Below are positions 40,665 to 54,487 of a stretch of 64,000 bases of DNA, one piece after another. The stretch covers positions 1,488,001-1,552,000 of the forward strand of contig NC_042999.1 in assembly GCF_006345805.1 (NCBI RefSeq), in the 5' to 3' direction. Source of the DNA: Octopus sinensis. Its lineage: Eukaryota. Both the position numbers and the translations under genes were made by a program. A model generated the notes under the pieces. It was given only the letters and a program-made list of their open reading frames with translations. It was not told where the DNA came from and did no database searches. How positions within the stretch are numbered: the stretch's first letter is position 1; the number at the start of each line of letters is the position of its first letter.

Positions 40665-42531
40665 TAATGGACTGCCATACAATTTCCTTCGACCAAATTC
40701 ACTCACAACACATTGGTCACTCCCAGGCTATAGCAGAAGACATTTGTTCAAGGTGCCATGCAACCATGCAGTGAGACTGAACCTGGAACCATGTGGCTCC
40801 AAAGTTGTCTTTTTAACCACACACCCTACCAAAATATAGCAAGCTGTGTGCTTAAGAAGATCCCTCTAAGCCCTTAAGTTTAAAGAGATTGATTCCACCA
40901 CACGGAAGCCAAACATTAAATTATTACAGTGATGATGATAGAGGTGACAATGATGACGATGATGATGATGAATTTGACTGTGGCTGCTTTCATCTAATAG
41001 TTTGGGATTAACAAATTAGGTACCAGTAATATCTTCAGTCCTACTGCAACAACAGCCTTTATTCTCACCCGCTGAGTCTCCATTCAACACTTTTACTGGT
41101 GTCAGAAACTAATATCAAAGCTGTCATTAGCAAACTGGAATTTCCATATTACATCAAAAAGGAATGGTTGAAAATAGATAGAATAAAGAAAGAAATTATT
41201 AATATAAATTAAACAGGCTGTGGACAAAGTATAATTAATTATAAAATAATCTAATTAATTTAAGATTAAAAGTTAATCTCCGTTGTAATTTTTGGTGCTA
41301 CAGCTGTAAATAGTAAATGAAAGGCAAAACCAATAACTTTTTATTGATCTGTAGAAGTCACTTGGTGAGGTTATACATCCTCTAGTTTAGAAAGCAGCAG
41401 TGGGAAAAGTTCTTCTTGTTATTGCTGTTGTTGTTGTTGTTCTTCTTCTTCTCCCACTTCTACCCTTCTGTTACCTTCTTTCTTTTCTCCTCCTCCTTCC
41501 CTTCTTCTTCTTTATCTGCCCCTTTTTTCTTTTTCATCTATCTCCTCCTCCTCTTGTTGCTGTTGTTGGTGAACTGGCAGAAATGTCAGCATGCCAGGTG
41601 AAATGCTTAGCAGTATTTCGTCTGCCACTACGTTCTGAGTTCAAATTCTGCCAAAGTCGACTTTGCCTTTCATCCTTCCGGGGTCAATAAAATAAGTACG
41701 AGTTATGCACTGGGGTCGATATAATCGACTTAATCCATTTGTCTGCCTTTGTTTGTTCTCTCTGTGTTTAGCCCCTTGTGGGTATTTCACCTGCCATTAC
41801 GTTCTGAGTTCAAATTCCACCGAGGTTGACTTTGCCTTTCATCCTTTCGGGGTCTATAAATTAAGTACTAGTTATGTTCTGGGGTCGATGTAATCAACTT
41901 AATCTTTTTGTCTATCCTTGTTTGTCCCCTCTATGTTTAGCCCCTTGTGAGCAATAAAGTAATAAGAATTGTTAGCTTGGCAGGCAGACAAAATACTCAG
42001 TGGCTTTCTGTCCATTCTTACATTGTGAGATCAAACTCTGCTGAGGTCAGCTTTGCCTTTGATCCTTTCAGTGTCAATTAAATAAGTACCAGTTGAATAC
42101 TGGGGTAATCAACTTACCCCAGCCCCCAAAATTTCAGACCTTGTGCCAAAATATGAAACCAATATTATTATTATTGTCACTTTTACTTTTAATCTCTGTG
42201 TTTGTTACAGCCACTTGCTGAGACACGCCCAGTGTCTTGGGGTGAGTGAAGGATAAAAGATGTTATAGAGGGAAAGTAGTGAAATATTTTCATGTAATAC
42301 AACACAGACATTTAAATGGATAGGGTTTTTCTAAGGATGTGGTCAGTTTTTGTCAACACAATCTTTTGGATTTCTGCGAGACATGGTTCTCCCGGGATCT
42401 TATCTAGATGCTTCTGACATCCTTTTTATTATACCTAGAGCACCTACAATAACAGGAACAGTTTTCATTTTAAGATGCCACATCTTTTATATTTCAAACC
42501 ACATCTTTTGTATTTCATGCTACATCTTTTG

Positions 42532-42583
<52 letters not shown>

Positions 42584-42759
42584 TTTTATTATTAGGTTGA
42601 CATTGCCTTTCATCCTTTCAAGGTCGATAAATTAGGTACCAGTTATGCACTGGGGTTGATGTAATCGACTTAATCCGTTTGTCTGTCCTTGTTTGTCCCC
42701 TCTGTGTTTAGCCCCTTCTGGGTAGTAAAGAAATATATATGCAAGTGTGATATGGGCTA

Positions 42760-43410
42760 CCATGAAGAGGAGAGAACACTGATTGGCTGTAATGCAAAGG
42801 GCCATGGAAAGACCCATGCTATGAATATCATTATGAGAGAATATTTGAAATAAGATTAAGTAAAAAAGATGCTAAGGTACTTTGGTCAGATAATAAGAGC
42901 ATAAGGTGTACAAAACGTATTACTAGAAGGAAAGGTAAATGGTAAATGCCTGAGAGGAAGACCTGGAACAAACTGGTTTGATTACATCAAGGACTAGACT
43001 AAACTATGATATGGTGAAGGACATTGATGAAAATTCTATTTGATAAACTCGAAGGTTTTGAGCTGGGGACATTGAGAAGAATGTTAAGAATATCTTGGAC
43101 AAAACATAAAACTAATGAAGCACTGGAACTGCCAAATACAAAAAAGATTATTACTTTGAACTATTAAGAAAACTGAAATCTAAAGTATTCTGGTCACATA
43201 GTGAGAGAAGAAAATATAGGAAGGCTTTTACTAGAAGGGAAAATGAATTGTAAATGCTTGGGAGGAAAGCTTAAATCAAACTGATTTGGTTACATCAAGG
43301 ACTGGACTTATTATATTATGATAAATGTGTAAGAATGGCAGAGAAAAGATCTGAATGGAGATCCTTGATATTCAACCTGCTGAGAACAGATGGAACTTAA
43401 TAATGATGAT
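42760..43410 (+). mobile_element. Two tandem RTE LINE 3' fragments
   Basis: LRYFGQI..LLEGKVNGKCLRGRP.TNWFDYIKD occurs twice. Tail is (ATG)n. Confidence 0.7.
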
Positions 43411-44559
43411 GAAATGATTGAGAAGTTGTAGTCTCAATGTATTCCTTATTTTGCCATGGAACAGACAGTTCTGGTTTATGAAACGAGGCTTAATTTCAAT
43501 TAAAAAGACAGCCTAGTGGGAATTCCCAGATGCTATTTCCCCTGAATGTAGCACAAACAAATACGAAGATACAGCCTTTGGTCTTGTGGCGGCGTCAATA
43601 ATGAAATAAAGTCATAATAATAACCCGTCGAGCGTCAATATTGTTTGGACAGTTCAAGCGAAAGAAACAGAATCACAAATATACAATGGGAATCTCAGTC
43701 TGTGACAGGAAACCAAAGCATTTCATAGATGCTGCCTGCACTCGTAAAACAAACAAATCCACCGACTCGAACAAGAAGTGTTATGTGTGTATGATGTATA
43801 AATAATGATAATGTGCATAGTTATTTTAATTTAATACTGTTTAAAGAGTGTATATTGATTTAACATGTTATGGGTTGTCCCAATAGATTTTGTGAGATTG
43901 TAAATAGTTTTGTTTGTCTAAGGACTTAATTAATACTAAAAGTGAAGCGAGTGATTGAAACAGCCTCGAGGTTAGGAGGTGGCTCGGAAGATTAAGAGAA
44001 ATATTTGTCTAATTTAGAATTTTCTGTATTTTACTGGTTTTGCTCACTGGACTGTAGCAAATGCAGGGACACTGCCCTGAAGGTTTCTGTCAAAGGAACT
44101 GACCCCTGTCCTTAGGTTTTGTTTAAAGTCTGGTACTTATCCTGTCAGTCACTTTTCCTGAACTTTTAAGTCATTAGGAAGTAAACAAACCAACATTGGT
44201 TGTCAAGTAATGGTGGGGCGGAGTGGAGCAGGAGGGAAAATACAAATACACACGCACACACACACACATACAAACACACACATATATAAAATAGAATTCG
44301 CACAGTTTCTGTTGATCAAATTCACTCACAAATCTTTGGTCAACCAAGGGCTATCAAAAAAGACCCTTGCCCAGGGTGCCACGCAGCGGGACTGAACACA
44401 AAACCTTGTGGTTTCTTCGCCATATCTGTGCCTATTCCTTTTTTTTTTACCTTTTTTTATTTGTTTCAGTCTGTAGATGGTATCCATTGCTGTACAGGTA
44501 ATAAATTTTCTGTGAATGAAGGTGGTACATGGAAAGAGATATAATCTATGTGTGTGTGC

Positions 44560-44594
<35 letters not shown>

Positions 44595-44820
44595 TGTCTG
44601 TGTTTGTCCCCCACCACTGTCTGACAATCGGTGCTGGTGTGTTTAAATCCCCATACCTCAGTGTTTGGGCAAAAGTGTCCAACAGAAAAGTACCAAATTT
44701 TTAAAAAATGAATAAATAAATAAAATTTAGTACTGGAATTGATCCATTCAGCAAAAAATTCTTCAAAGCAGTGCCCCAGCATGGGCAAAGTCTAATGACT
44801 GAAACACGTAAAAGATAAAC

Positions 44821-47623
44821 GACATTATCATGTATAAAAGACATTATTATGTATAAAAGACTTTATCGTGTATAAAAGGCATTATCATGTATAAAAGGCA
44901 TTATCGTGTATAAAAGGCATTATCATGTATAAAAGACATTATCGTGTATAAAAGGCATTATCGTGTATAAAAGACTTTATCATGTATAAAAGGCATTATC
45001 GTGTATAAAAGGCATTATCGTGTATAAAAGGCATTATCGTGTATAAAAGGCATTATCGTGTATAAAAGGCATTATCATGTATAAAAGGCATTATCGTGTA
45101 TAAAAGACATTATCGTGTATAAAAGGCATTATCGTGTATAAAAGACTTTATCATGTATAAAAGGCATTATCGTGTATAAAAGGCATTATCGTGTATAAAA
45201 GGCATTATCGTGTATAAAAGGCATTATCATGTATAAAAGGCATTATCATGTGTAAAAGACTTTATCGTGTATAAAAGGCATTATCGTGTATAAAAGGCAT
45301 TATCATGTATAAAAGGCATTATCGTGTATAAAAGGCATTATCATGTATAAAAGGCATTATCGTGTATAAAAGACTTTATCATGTATAAAAGGCATTATCA
45401 TGTATAAAAGGCATTATCATGTATAAAAGGCATTATCGTGTATAAAAGGCATTATCATGTATAAAAGGCATTATCATGTGTAAAAGGCATTATCGTGTAT
45501 AAAAGGCATTATCGTGTATAAAAGACTTTATCATGTATAAAAGGCATTATCATGTATAAAAGGCATTATCGTGTATAAAAGGCATTATCATGTATAAAAG
45601 GCATTATCATGTGTAAAAGGCATTATCGTGTATAAAAGGCATTATCGTGTATAAAAGACTTTATCATGTATAAAAGGCATTATCATGTATAAAAGGCATT
45701 ATCATGTATAAAAGGCATTATCGTGTATAAAAGGCATTATCATGTATAAAAGACTTTATCATGTATAAAAGGCATTATCGTGTATAAAAGGCATTATCGT
45801 GTATAAAAGGCATTATCGTGTATAAAAGGCATTATCGTGTATAAAAGGCATTATCATGTATAAAAGACTTTATCATGTATAAAAGGCATTATCATGTATA
45901 AAAGGCATTATCGTGTATAAAAGGCATTATCGTGTATAAAAGCATTATCGTGTATAAAAGGCATTATCGTGTATAAAAGGCATTATCGTGTATAAAAGGC
46001 ATTATCGTGTATAAAAGACTTTATCATGTATAAAAGGCATTATCATGTATAAAAGGCATTATCGTGTATAAAAGACTTTATCATGTATAAAAGGCATTAT
46101 CATGTGTAAAAGGCATTATCGTGTATATAAAAGGCATTATCATGTATAAAAGGCATTATCATGTGTAAAAGCATTATCGTGTATATAAAAGGCATTATCG
46201 TGTATAAAAGACTTTATCATGTATAAAAGCATTATCATGTATAAAAGGCATTATCATGTATAAAAGACATTATCGTGTATAAAAGGCATATCGTGTATAA
46301 AAGACTTTATCATGTATAAAAGGCATTATCATGTATAAAAGGCATTTCGTGTATAAAAGGCATTATCGTGTATAAAAGGCATTATCGTGTATAAAAGGCA
46401 TTATCATGTATAAAAGGCATTATCGTGTAAAAAGGCATTATCGTGTATAAAAGACTTTATCATGTATAAAAGGCATTATCGTGTATAAAAGGCATTATCG
46501 TGTATAAAAGGCATTATCGTGTATAAAAGGCATTATCGTGTATAAAAGGCATTATCATGTATAAAAGACTTTATCATGTATAAAAGGCATTATCATGTAT
46601 AAAAGGCATTATCGTGTATAAAAGGCATATCGTGTATAAAAGGCATTATCGTGTATAAAAGGCATTATCGTGTATAAAGGCATTATCGTGTATAAAGGCA
46701 TTATCGTGTATAAAAGACTTTATCATGTATAAAAGGCATTATCATGTATAAAAGGCATTATCGTGTATAAAAGACTTTATCATGTATAAAAGGCATTATC
46801 ATGTGTAAAAGGCATTATCGTGTATAAAAGGCATTATCATGTATAAAAGGCATTATCATGTGTAAAAGGCATTATCGTGTATAAAAGGCATTATCGTGTA
46901 TAAAAGACTTTATCATGTATAAAAGGCATTATCATGTATAAAAGGCATTATCATGTATAAAAGACATTATCGTGTATAAAAGGCATTATCGTGTATAAAA
47001 GACTTTATCATGTATAAAAGGCATTATCGTGTATAAAAGGCATTATCGTGTATAAAAGGCATTATCGTGTATAAAAGGCATTATCGTGTATAAAAGGCAT
47101 TATCATGTATAAAAGGCATTATCGTGTATAAAAGACATTATCGTGTATAAAAGGCATTATCGTGTATAAAAGACTTTATCATGTATAAAAGGCATTATCG
47201 TGTATAAAAGGCATTATCGTGTATAAAAGGCATTATCATGTATAAAAGGCATTATCATGTGTAAAAGACTTTATCGTGTATAAAAGACTTTATCGTGTAT
47301 AAAAGACTTTATCATGTATAAAAGGCATTATCATGTATAAAAGGCATTATCGTGTATAAAAGACTTTATCGTGTATAAAAGGCATTATCATGTGTAAAAG
47401 ACTTTATCGTGTATAAAAGACTTTATCATGTATAAAAGGCATTATCATGTATAAAAGGCATTATCGTGTATAAAAGACTTTATCATGTATAAAAGGCATT
47501 ATCGTGTATAAAAGACTTTATCATGTATAAAAGGCATTATCATGTGTAAAAGACTTTATCGTGTATAAAAGACTTTATCGTGTATAAAAGGCATTATCAT
47601 GTATAAAAGGCATTATCGTGTAT
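44821..47623. repeat. 19-bp minisatellite (GGCATTATCRTGTATAAAA)n, about 147 units
   Basis: Direct tandem repeat with variants GGCATT/GACTTT/GACATT and CGT/CAT. Starts at the 3' tail of a SINE. Confidence 0.98.
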
Positions 47624-48203
47624 GTGATATTTAAAGGTTAACTGCATGAGATAGAAATAATGTTTTAATTAATTCTGTTATGTGTTCTGTTGGTTATTAT
47701 AAACAGAATAAGGTAAATAATTATAGCGAAGAGAGACATGTGTATGTATATAGATAGGTATTTGTGTCAGCATGATAGCACAAGATTAATTACATTTGCA
47801 AGATTAATTACCTTTGCATAACGAACAATGTATGTTAGGCAAAACAAGTAAAAGAAAAGGAGAATAACCTTTTATGGAACTAAATGATAGATTCCGTTGT
47901 AAACCCTGAGGTGACTCTGTTTGCAGGTTCAATACTCCAGCTTTTTATAATCGTGAACTGGAGAAATATGAAAATGGTGATGAGGTGTCTGAGTGGCCCC
48001 TCAATTTATGATGCGAAGAGAAGTGAGGAGAGAGGGATATATGCAATGTTTCTTATAAATCTGCTCCCTTTGCTTGCTGATCAATATTGATTACTTGAAA
48101 AACATCTACGTAAGCATTTCATGCCTTTTATCATGATGTTCTTAAGTTCAAGGGGCTGGCCTTACTTATTATAGAAATATAATTTATAGAAATATAATTA
48201 AGC

Positions 48204-48618
48204 AAGGCGGCGAGCTGGCAGAAACGTTAGCACGCCGGGCCAAATGCGTAGCAGTATTTCGTCTGCCGTTATGTTCTGAGTTCAAATTCCGCTGAGGTCG
48301 ACTTTGCCTTTCATCCTTTCAGAGTCGATTAAATAAGTACCAGTTACAGACTGGGGTCGATCTAATCGACTTAATCCGTTTGTCTGTCCTTGTTTGTCCT
48401 CTCTGTGTTTAGCTCCTTGTGGGTAGTAAAGAAATAGGTATTGTGTCTGCCGTTATGTTCTGAGTTAAAATTCCACTAAGGTTGACTTTGCCTTTCATCC
48501 TTTCGGGGTCAATTAAATAAGTACCAGTTACACACTGGGGTTAAATAATCGACTTAATCCATTTGTCTGTCTTTGTTTGTCCTCTCTGTGTTTAGCCCCT
48601 TGTGGGTAGTAAAGAAAT
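48204..48618 (+). mobile_element. SINE family A dimer
   Basis: 12-bp TSD ATATAATTAAGC at 48192-203 and 48619-30. Confidence 0.9.
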
Positions 48619-48754
48619 ATATAATTAAGCTGTGTTTCTAAACTGGGTATCAGAATGAGATGGTTCAAATTTAGGCAGAAGCCTTGGTAAAGTATAAACA
48701 TAAATTCTTCTTGACATATCTGATCAATAAGTACCAGGTCTGATCAATAAGTTG

Positions 48755-49495
48755 ACAGGTCTGATCGATAAGTATCAAGACTGTTGCCATGGTAACGAAA
48801 CTAAAGAATGTAGAGTAAAGCTGCTTGGTACAGATTGATGTTGAACTCTGCTGTTTACAGCAGTGCTTGGAAGGAAAGTGTGTAGCGTGTGATCGTCGCA
48901 TTGACCATGACATAGAAAGTTGAGCAGAGAGTCTGTTGATATTGACGAATATTCTGGGAGAATCACAACCAGCAGAACTGAGAAAAACATCACAGATATG
49001 CGTGCAGCTGCGAGGGGAGATTGTTGAATCACGATCCATGAGTTATCAGAGGATGTGCAGATTAGTTACAGTTCAGTCTATTATCATTGAAGATTTGGGT
49101 ATCAGACGCATGTTTGCCAAGTTTGTGCTAAAACTGCTTTTAGCTGACCAAAAGTTCACTTGGGTTTCAGTTGGACAAGATCTCAATCGTGTCAAGAATG
49201 AGGAAAACTTTATGAGAACTTTGCATAGACCTCTGAGCAGGTATCACCAAACTTTTGCCAAAATTTGATCCAGATTCTCTGCTCAACTTCCTCTGTCATG
49301 GTCAGTGAAATGATCACATGCTACACACCTTCCTACTAAGCACTGTAGTAAACAGCAGAGGAGAGCTAGAAGGATAAAACTTAGTGCACATGTACAGCAG
49401 AGTTTAAGGTCAATCTGTGTCAAGTGCCTTTACTCTGCATGATTTAGCTGCGTTACTATAGCAACAGTCCGGATACTTATTGATCAGACCACATA
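48755..49495 (+). mobile_element. Internally deleted mariner with both TIRs
   Basis: TIR GGTCTGATCRATAAGTATC..GACTGTTGC is inverted at 49461-49490. Transposase remnant SVQSIIIEDLGIRRMFAKFVLKLL..DQK. Confidence 0.85.
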
Positions 49496-50386
49496 GATCC
49501 AATCTTTGTAAAGAAAATGGAAGAGATTATTAACAAGCTGTATGAAATCATTATATTACCGTCATACCATATTATATTTAATTACCCCTTCCATGACCAC
49601 TACCACCATACATTGTTCATAGTCTTGCTAGCTGCATGGTGTCTGCAATAGTGCCAGTGGCATGAAAGGAGACTCCAGTACAAGCTGTAAAATAGTTGGC
49701 CTTAGAAAGAGCATCCAGCCATTGGAACCACGATAAAGCAGACAGAAGAGAACAATGCAGTGCTTAGACCGATTGGATCCTGTTGAACCATCCAAACCAA
49801 ACCTGCACAGAATATGGATGTTAAATGATGATGAGGATGATGGCGATGATATTTTATTGATTTTTAAGGTGGTGAGCTCGCAGAAGCATTAGCATGCTGG
49901 GCGAAATGCTCAGCGGTATTTCGTCTGCCATTACATTCTGAGTTCATATTCCGCTGAGGTCGACTTTGCCTTTCATTCTTTCGGGGTTGATTAAATAAGT
50001 ACTAGTTATACACTGGAGTCGATATCATCGACTTAATCCCTTTGTCTGTCCTTGTTTGTCCCCTCTATGTTTAGCCCCTTGTGGGTAGTAAAGAAATAAG
50101 AAACTGAAGGCAGCGAGTTGGCAGAACCGTTAGCATGCTGGGTGAAATGCTTAGCGGTATTTCGTCTGCCGTTACGTTCTGAGTTCAAATTCCGCCGAGG
50201 TCGACTTTGCCTTTCATTCTTTTGGGGTTGATAAATTATGTACCAGTTATGCACTGACGTCGATATAATCAACTTAATCGCTTTGTCTGTCCTTGTTTGT
50301 CCACTCTATGTTTAGCCCCTTGTGGGCAATAAGGAAATAAATATTTTATCGATTCTTTGTGTGATTATGGACAAATTAAAACTTAC

Positions 50387-50639
50387 AACGATCAGAACAC
50401 AAAATACTGAGAAATTTCTCAAAATACTGAAAAATGTTGAATTCATTGTGTTCTGTTTTCCGTTGTCTGACTCCATATATTAGAGCCCCTGTTGTAAGTG
50501 TGAAAGACGGATGCATTGGTGTTGTTAGAGTTAATAGATCTATAATGGATAAATCTAGAAGAGTCAATGATATGAGGTGGTAAATAACAGATAGAGAAGA
50601 TAGATTTGAATGAAACAAGCTTGTACAGATAAGATTATG
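50387..50639 (-). CDS. Candidate internal coding exon (84 codons, HNLICTSLFHSNLSS...FEKFLSILCSDR) of an unidentified host gene
   Basis: Unique, non-repetitive sequence. Acceptor cttatttcag| at 50640-41, donor |GTAAGT at 50381-86. Only one of three frames is open across 253 nt. No homology recognised. Confidence 0.5.
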
Positions 50640-51334
50640 CTGAAATAAGGTGAATGCAAACATGATTTATAAGACAAACTCATGCAAATCATGATATGGA
50701 GAAAACAAAAACTGAATGATGGTTTATATTTGATAATTTTATTCTCGATAAATACGATAATATATTTGAAATGTCATGGAAGCAGTCAACCTTGCGCAAA
50801 TATTAAACTAAGTTAATTAAGATAACAATTGTTTTTATGATAATTTTAGACTTATATTTAATTGGGATTTGCATAATTACATGTCAAGATTTTGATTAAA
50901 TATTGGTAGACACATCATTCTCTATTTCTTTTCTCCAAATTTTTTTTTTGAAAATTGATATTTTTAAGAGTAAATGAACAAGATCATGAGATATTTCTCA
51001 ATACATTATCATTGGTAAGATGCCATCTTAAGGCTATTTTTCTTCCATGACATTCAACAGGGAAATTTATTCTGCAAATAAGTATGCGTGTTCATAGATT
51101 TCATTTTGAATAAATTTGGGTTTGATAATTTAAATATGCATTAGATATTTAACTATTGTTTTCTAGTCACGGTATATAGTGTTCCATTATTCTATAGAAC
51201 AGAATGATTATTAATGTATATCATCATGATAGTCATCATCATCATCCAGTTTTTTCATGTTTGCATAAATCAAATAGGATTTGTCAAAACAGATTTTCAA
51301 TTGTAAGATACCTTCCCTGTTACCTAATGCCAAC

Positions 51335-51838
51335 TACGAGGTGATATCAAAACATTCCTGGACTGGTTCTCTAGCATGCCAACAGATGGCGGCACAGAGT
51401 TGCATGTTCAGTGAGAGTTAGAAGTGGCTTTCATGAAACAGTGTTCTGAGTGTCATCCCTGTGTTTACTTGGTAACTTGTGGAATTTGTGATTCTGTGAT
51501 CACATGTCTACTGTAGTCTGCAATTTTGTCATGGACAGTAAGTTGGGACAAAGAGCTGATGTGAAATTCTGTGTTAAACTTGGGAAGTCTGCTTCAGAGA
51601 CATTGAGCACATTTCAGAATGCTTACAGGGATGAGACAATGGATCATACACCATGTTTCTTATTTCTTTACTACCCACAAGGGGCTAAACATAGAGGGGA
51701 CAAACAAGGACAGACAAAGGGATTAAGTCAATTAGATCGACCCCAGTGCCTAACTGGTACTTAATTTATTGACCTCAAAAGGATGAAAGGCAAAGTCGAT
51801 TCCAAGCAGTGACCTGAACAATAACAATAATAATGATG

Positions 51839-51917
<79 letters not shown>

Positions 51918-52170
51918 CAACATCGAAAAATACCTTAGGAATGAGAATCCAAATTTCCCCAAGACACCTGAAGAAGGCTGGAGGGTATATCAGCCGAGAC
52001 ATTGTGTTAACAGCAAACAAGATGAGAACAAATATCCGTCAAATGTAAATAATGTAAATTATTACTGATGTCGTTGGTCTGTCGCAAGGGTCTGTGTAGG
52101 TTATCCTAACATCTGAATTGAACATGCAGCATGTCACTGCCAACTTTTCCCCACATGTTCTCTGTCACTA
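51335..52170 (+). mobile_element. Mariner 5' relic interrupted by SINE A (minus) and element D (plus)
   Basis: TA-CGAGGTGATATCAAAA TIR start; QRADVKFCVKLGKSASETL before the insertion; VVGLSQGSV*VILTSELNMQHVTANF after it. Confidence 0.8.
51963..52008 (+). ncRNA. Decayed HHR motif, family D
   Basis: GACAC-CTGAAGA-A-GGCTG..CAGCC-GAGAC-ATT-GTGTT. Confidence 0.5.
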
Positions 52171-52627
52171 TTAATCTGAACGCTCATATGTTGTCTATGA
52201 TGGGAGGCAAAGTGGCTGATGCTGGAGGCATGTGGAAATGCTCCTTTGAGTGTTGGGCCTCATGGGGGCAATGACAAATGACTGAGACCTTTGGCATTAT
52301 GTTGTGCTTGAGAAAAAGGCCCATCAAGCCAAGTAGAATCACAGTCGGGGCAGATACTGGTGTCACACAAATGGCACCCATGCCAGTGGCATGTAATAGC
52401 GCCCATTACACTCTCTGAGTGTGGTGTCATGCAAATGGCACCTGTGCCAGTGGCACATAAGAGTACCTATTACACTCTCGGAGTGGTTGGCATTATGAAG
52501 GGCATCCAACAGTAGAAACCATGCCAAACCAGACAGGAGTCTGGTGCAGCCTCTTCTAACTTTGCCAGCCTTGGTCAAACCGTCCAACTCATGCCAGCAT
52601 GGACAATGGATGTTAAATGATGACGAC

Positions 52628-52658
<31 letters not shown>

Positions 52659-53249
52659 TATGTGTATGTCTTTGCATCTGTGTTTGTCACTGCACTCCAC
52701 CCTTGACAACCGATGTTGGTTTGTTTACATCCTCATAACTTAACAGTTTGGCGAAAGAGATCAGTAGGGTAAGTGCCAGATTCAAAACACTTTAAAAAAA
52801 CACCCCACATGTACTGGGAGGTCAATTTGTTCCATAAATAAAACCTTTCAATTTGGTGCCCAAGCTGGCCCTCATCCAAAGACTGAAAAAAATTTTAATA
52901 AAAGATAGAACAAAATAAAATAGACTATCATCAATAGTCTTATTATTGATTGCTTATAGATTTCCTCAGAGATGTTTTCAATACAAGACAACACACCGAA
53001 AAAAAGTGGAATAAACAGAAAAACAAGATTACAAGATTATTTCAACGAAATGCTTAGAATGAATTTTTTTTTGTTTCGTTTTATACATTTTTCAAATTTA
53101 AGAGATTTTTTTTTTTGTTTTTTTTTTTTTTTTGCAGAAACAAGAACATGTAATAAAAAGTGACATGTGGCAGTTTGCCACATGTGACTTGTATCTGGAA
53201 TTTTACCAATTCATGAATGGCTTTTATAAACTGGGTTGTTGCAGTGGTG

Positions 53250-54035
53250 GGGAGAGAAAGATAGAGAAGGAAGGAGTGATAGAGAGAGAGAGAGAGAGAG
53301 AGAGAGTGAGGAAGGAAGAGAAGAAGATGGGGAGAGAGAGGAGGAGGAGGAAGGAAGGAAGGAAGAGAAGAATGAGGGGAGAGAGAGGAGGAGGAAGGAA
53401 GGAAGAGAAGAGGAAGGGGAGAGAGAGGAGGAGGAGGAAGAAGGAAGGAAGAGAAGAGGAAGGGTGGAGAGAGGAGGATGAGGAAGGGGAGAGAGAGGAG
53501 GAGGAAGAAGGAAGGAAGAGAAGAGAAGAGAAGGGGAGAGAGAGGAGGAGGAGGAGGAAGGAAGGAAGGAAGGAAGGAAGAGAAGAGAAGAGGAAGGAAG
53601 AGAAGAGGAAGGAAGAGAAGAGAAGAGAAGAGGAAGAGGAGAGAGAGGAGGAGGAAGAAAGGAAGAGAAGAGAAGAGGAAGAGGAGAGAGAGGAGGAGGA
53701 AGAAGGAAGGAAGAGAAGAGAAGGGTGGAGAGAGGAGGATGAGGAAAGGGAGAGAGAGGAGGAGGAAGGAAGGAAGAGAAGAGGAAGGGGAGAGAGAGAG
53801 GAGGAGAGGAAGGAAGGAAGAGAAGAGAAGAGGAAGGGGAGAGAGAGGAGGAGGAAGGAAGGAAGAGAAGAGGAAGGCAGAGAGAGAGGGACAGACAAAG
53901 GGAGAGAGTGAATAGGAGAGGGGAGAGAAAGAGAGCAGGAGGAAGAGAAAGAAAGCCAAAGTGAGGAAGGAGGGGAAAGGGAGGGTGACAGAGCGAGGGA
54001 AGGAAAGAGAGAAGTAGAGAGAGGGAGGAAGGGAG
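53250..54035. repeat. About 780-bp purine-rich (GA/GGA/GAA) tract with internal higher-order repeats
   Basis: Almost pyrimidine-free on the plus strand. Confidence 0.95.
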
Positions 54036-54379
54036 AATTTCTCACTTTTTCTAGTTCCTGTCCTAAATATTCCTGTAACTGTGTTGTCAAAATAAAAAGC
54101 AACAGGCAGACAGCCTGATAGGTCATTGGTACACTTACTCTCAACTCAATAGTCTTTAGAAAATTGCTATTTTTAAATCTCACAACGAGAGATATTCAGC
54201 AACAGTACTTTGTAGTAAAGATTCTTTGCCAACATATAACATGGCAGTCCTAGTTTAGGACGAATGTTGCTGTAATTTAGCCCCATGAGACATCGTCTCC
54301 AGCTGGCTATACAGCACGATCTGTGTCCTTATATTTTCGAACAAGGGAATCTAGCACCCCCACTCAGCTCAAAACAATA

Positions 54380-54424
54380 TCTGTGTATCACGATTTCCGG
54401 GTTATTTCCCTTCATCAGCACAGA
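54380..54424 (-). ncRNA. HHR motif in the left arm of the 54.2-54.7 kb fold-back
   Basis: TCTGTG-CTGATGA-A-GGG(AAATAA)CCC-G-GAAATC-GT-GATA-CACAGA. 6-bp stem I, AUA site. Confidence 0.55.
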
Positions 54425-54487
54425 ATAATTGAAAACTATATATTTCGAACAGGAATTTGGCAGCGCCACCTCTAGCTGAACAATTAT

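Noticed and set aside
44821-47623. CRISPR array
   Set aside because: Pure tandem repeat with no unique spacers, eukaryotic context and no cas genes.
48936-49268. Functional transposase gene
   Set aside because: Frameshifted and lacks the DD34D catalytic region. Relic only.
53162-53188. Kinase subdomain IX similarity (KSDMWQF)
   Set aside because: Downstream residues do not fit. The stretch is a 10-bp hairpin (ACATGTGGCA/TGCCACATGT), which is a simpler explanation.
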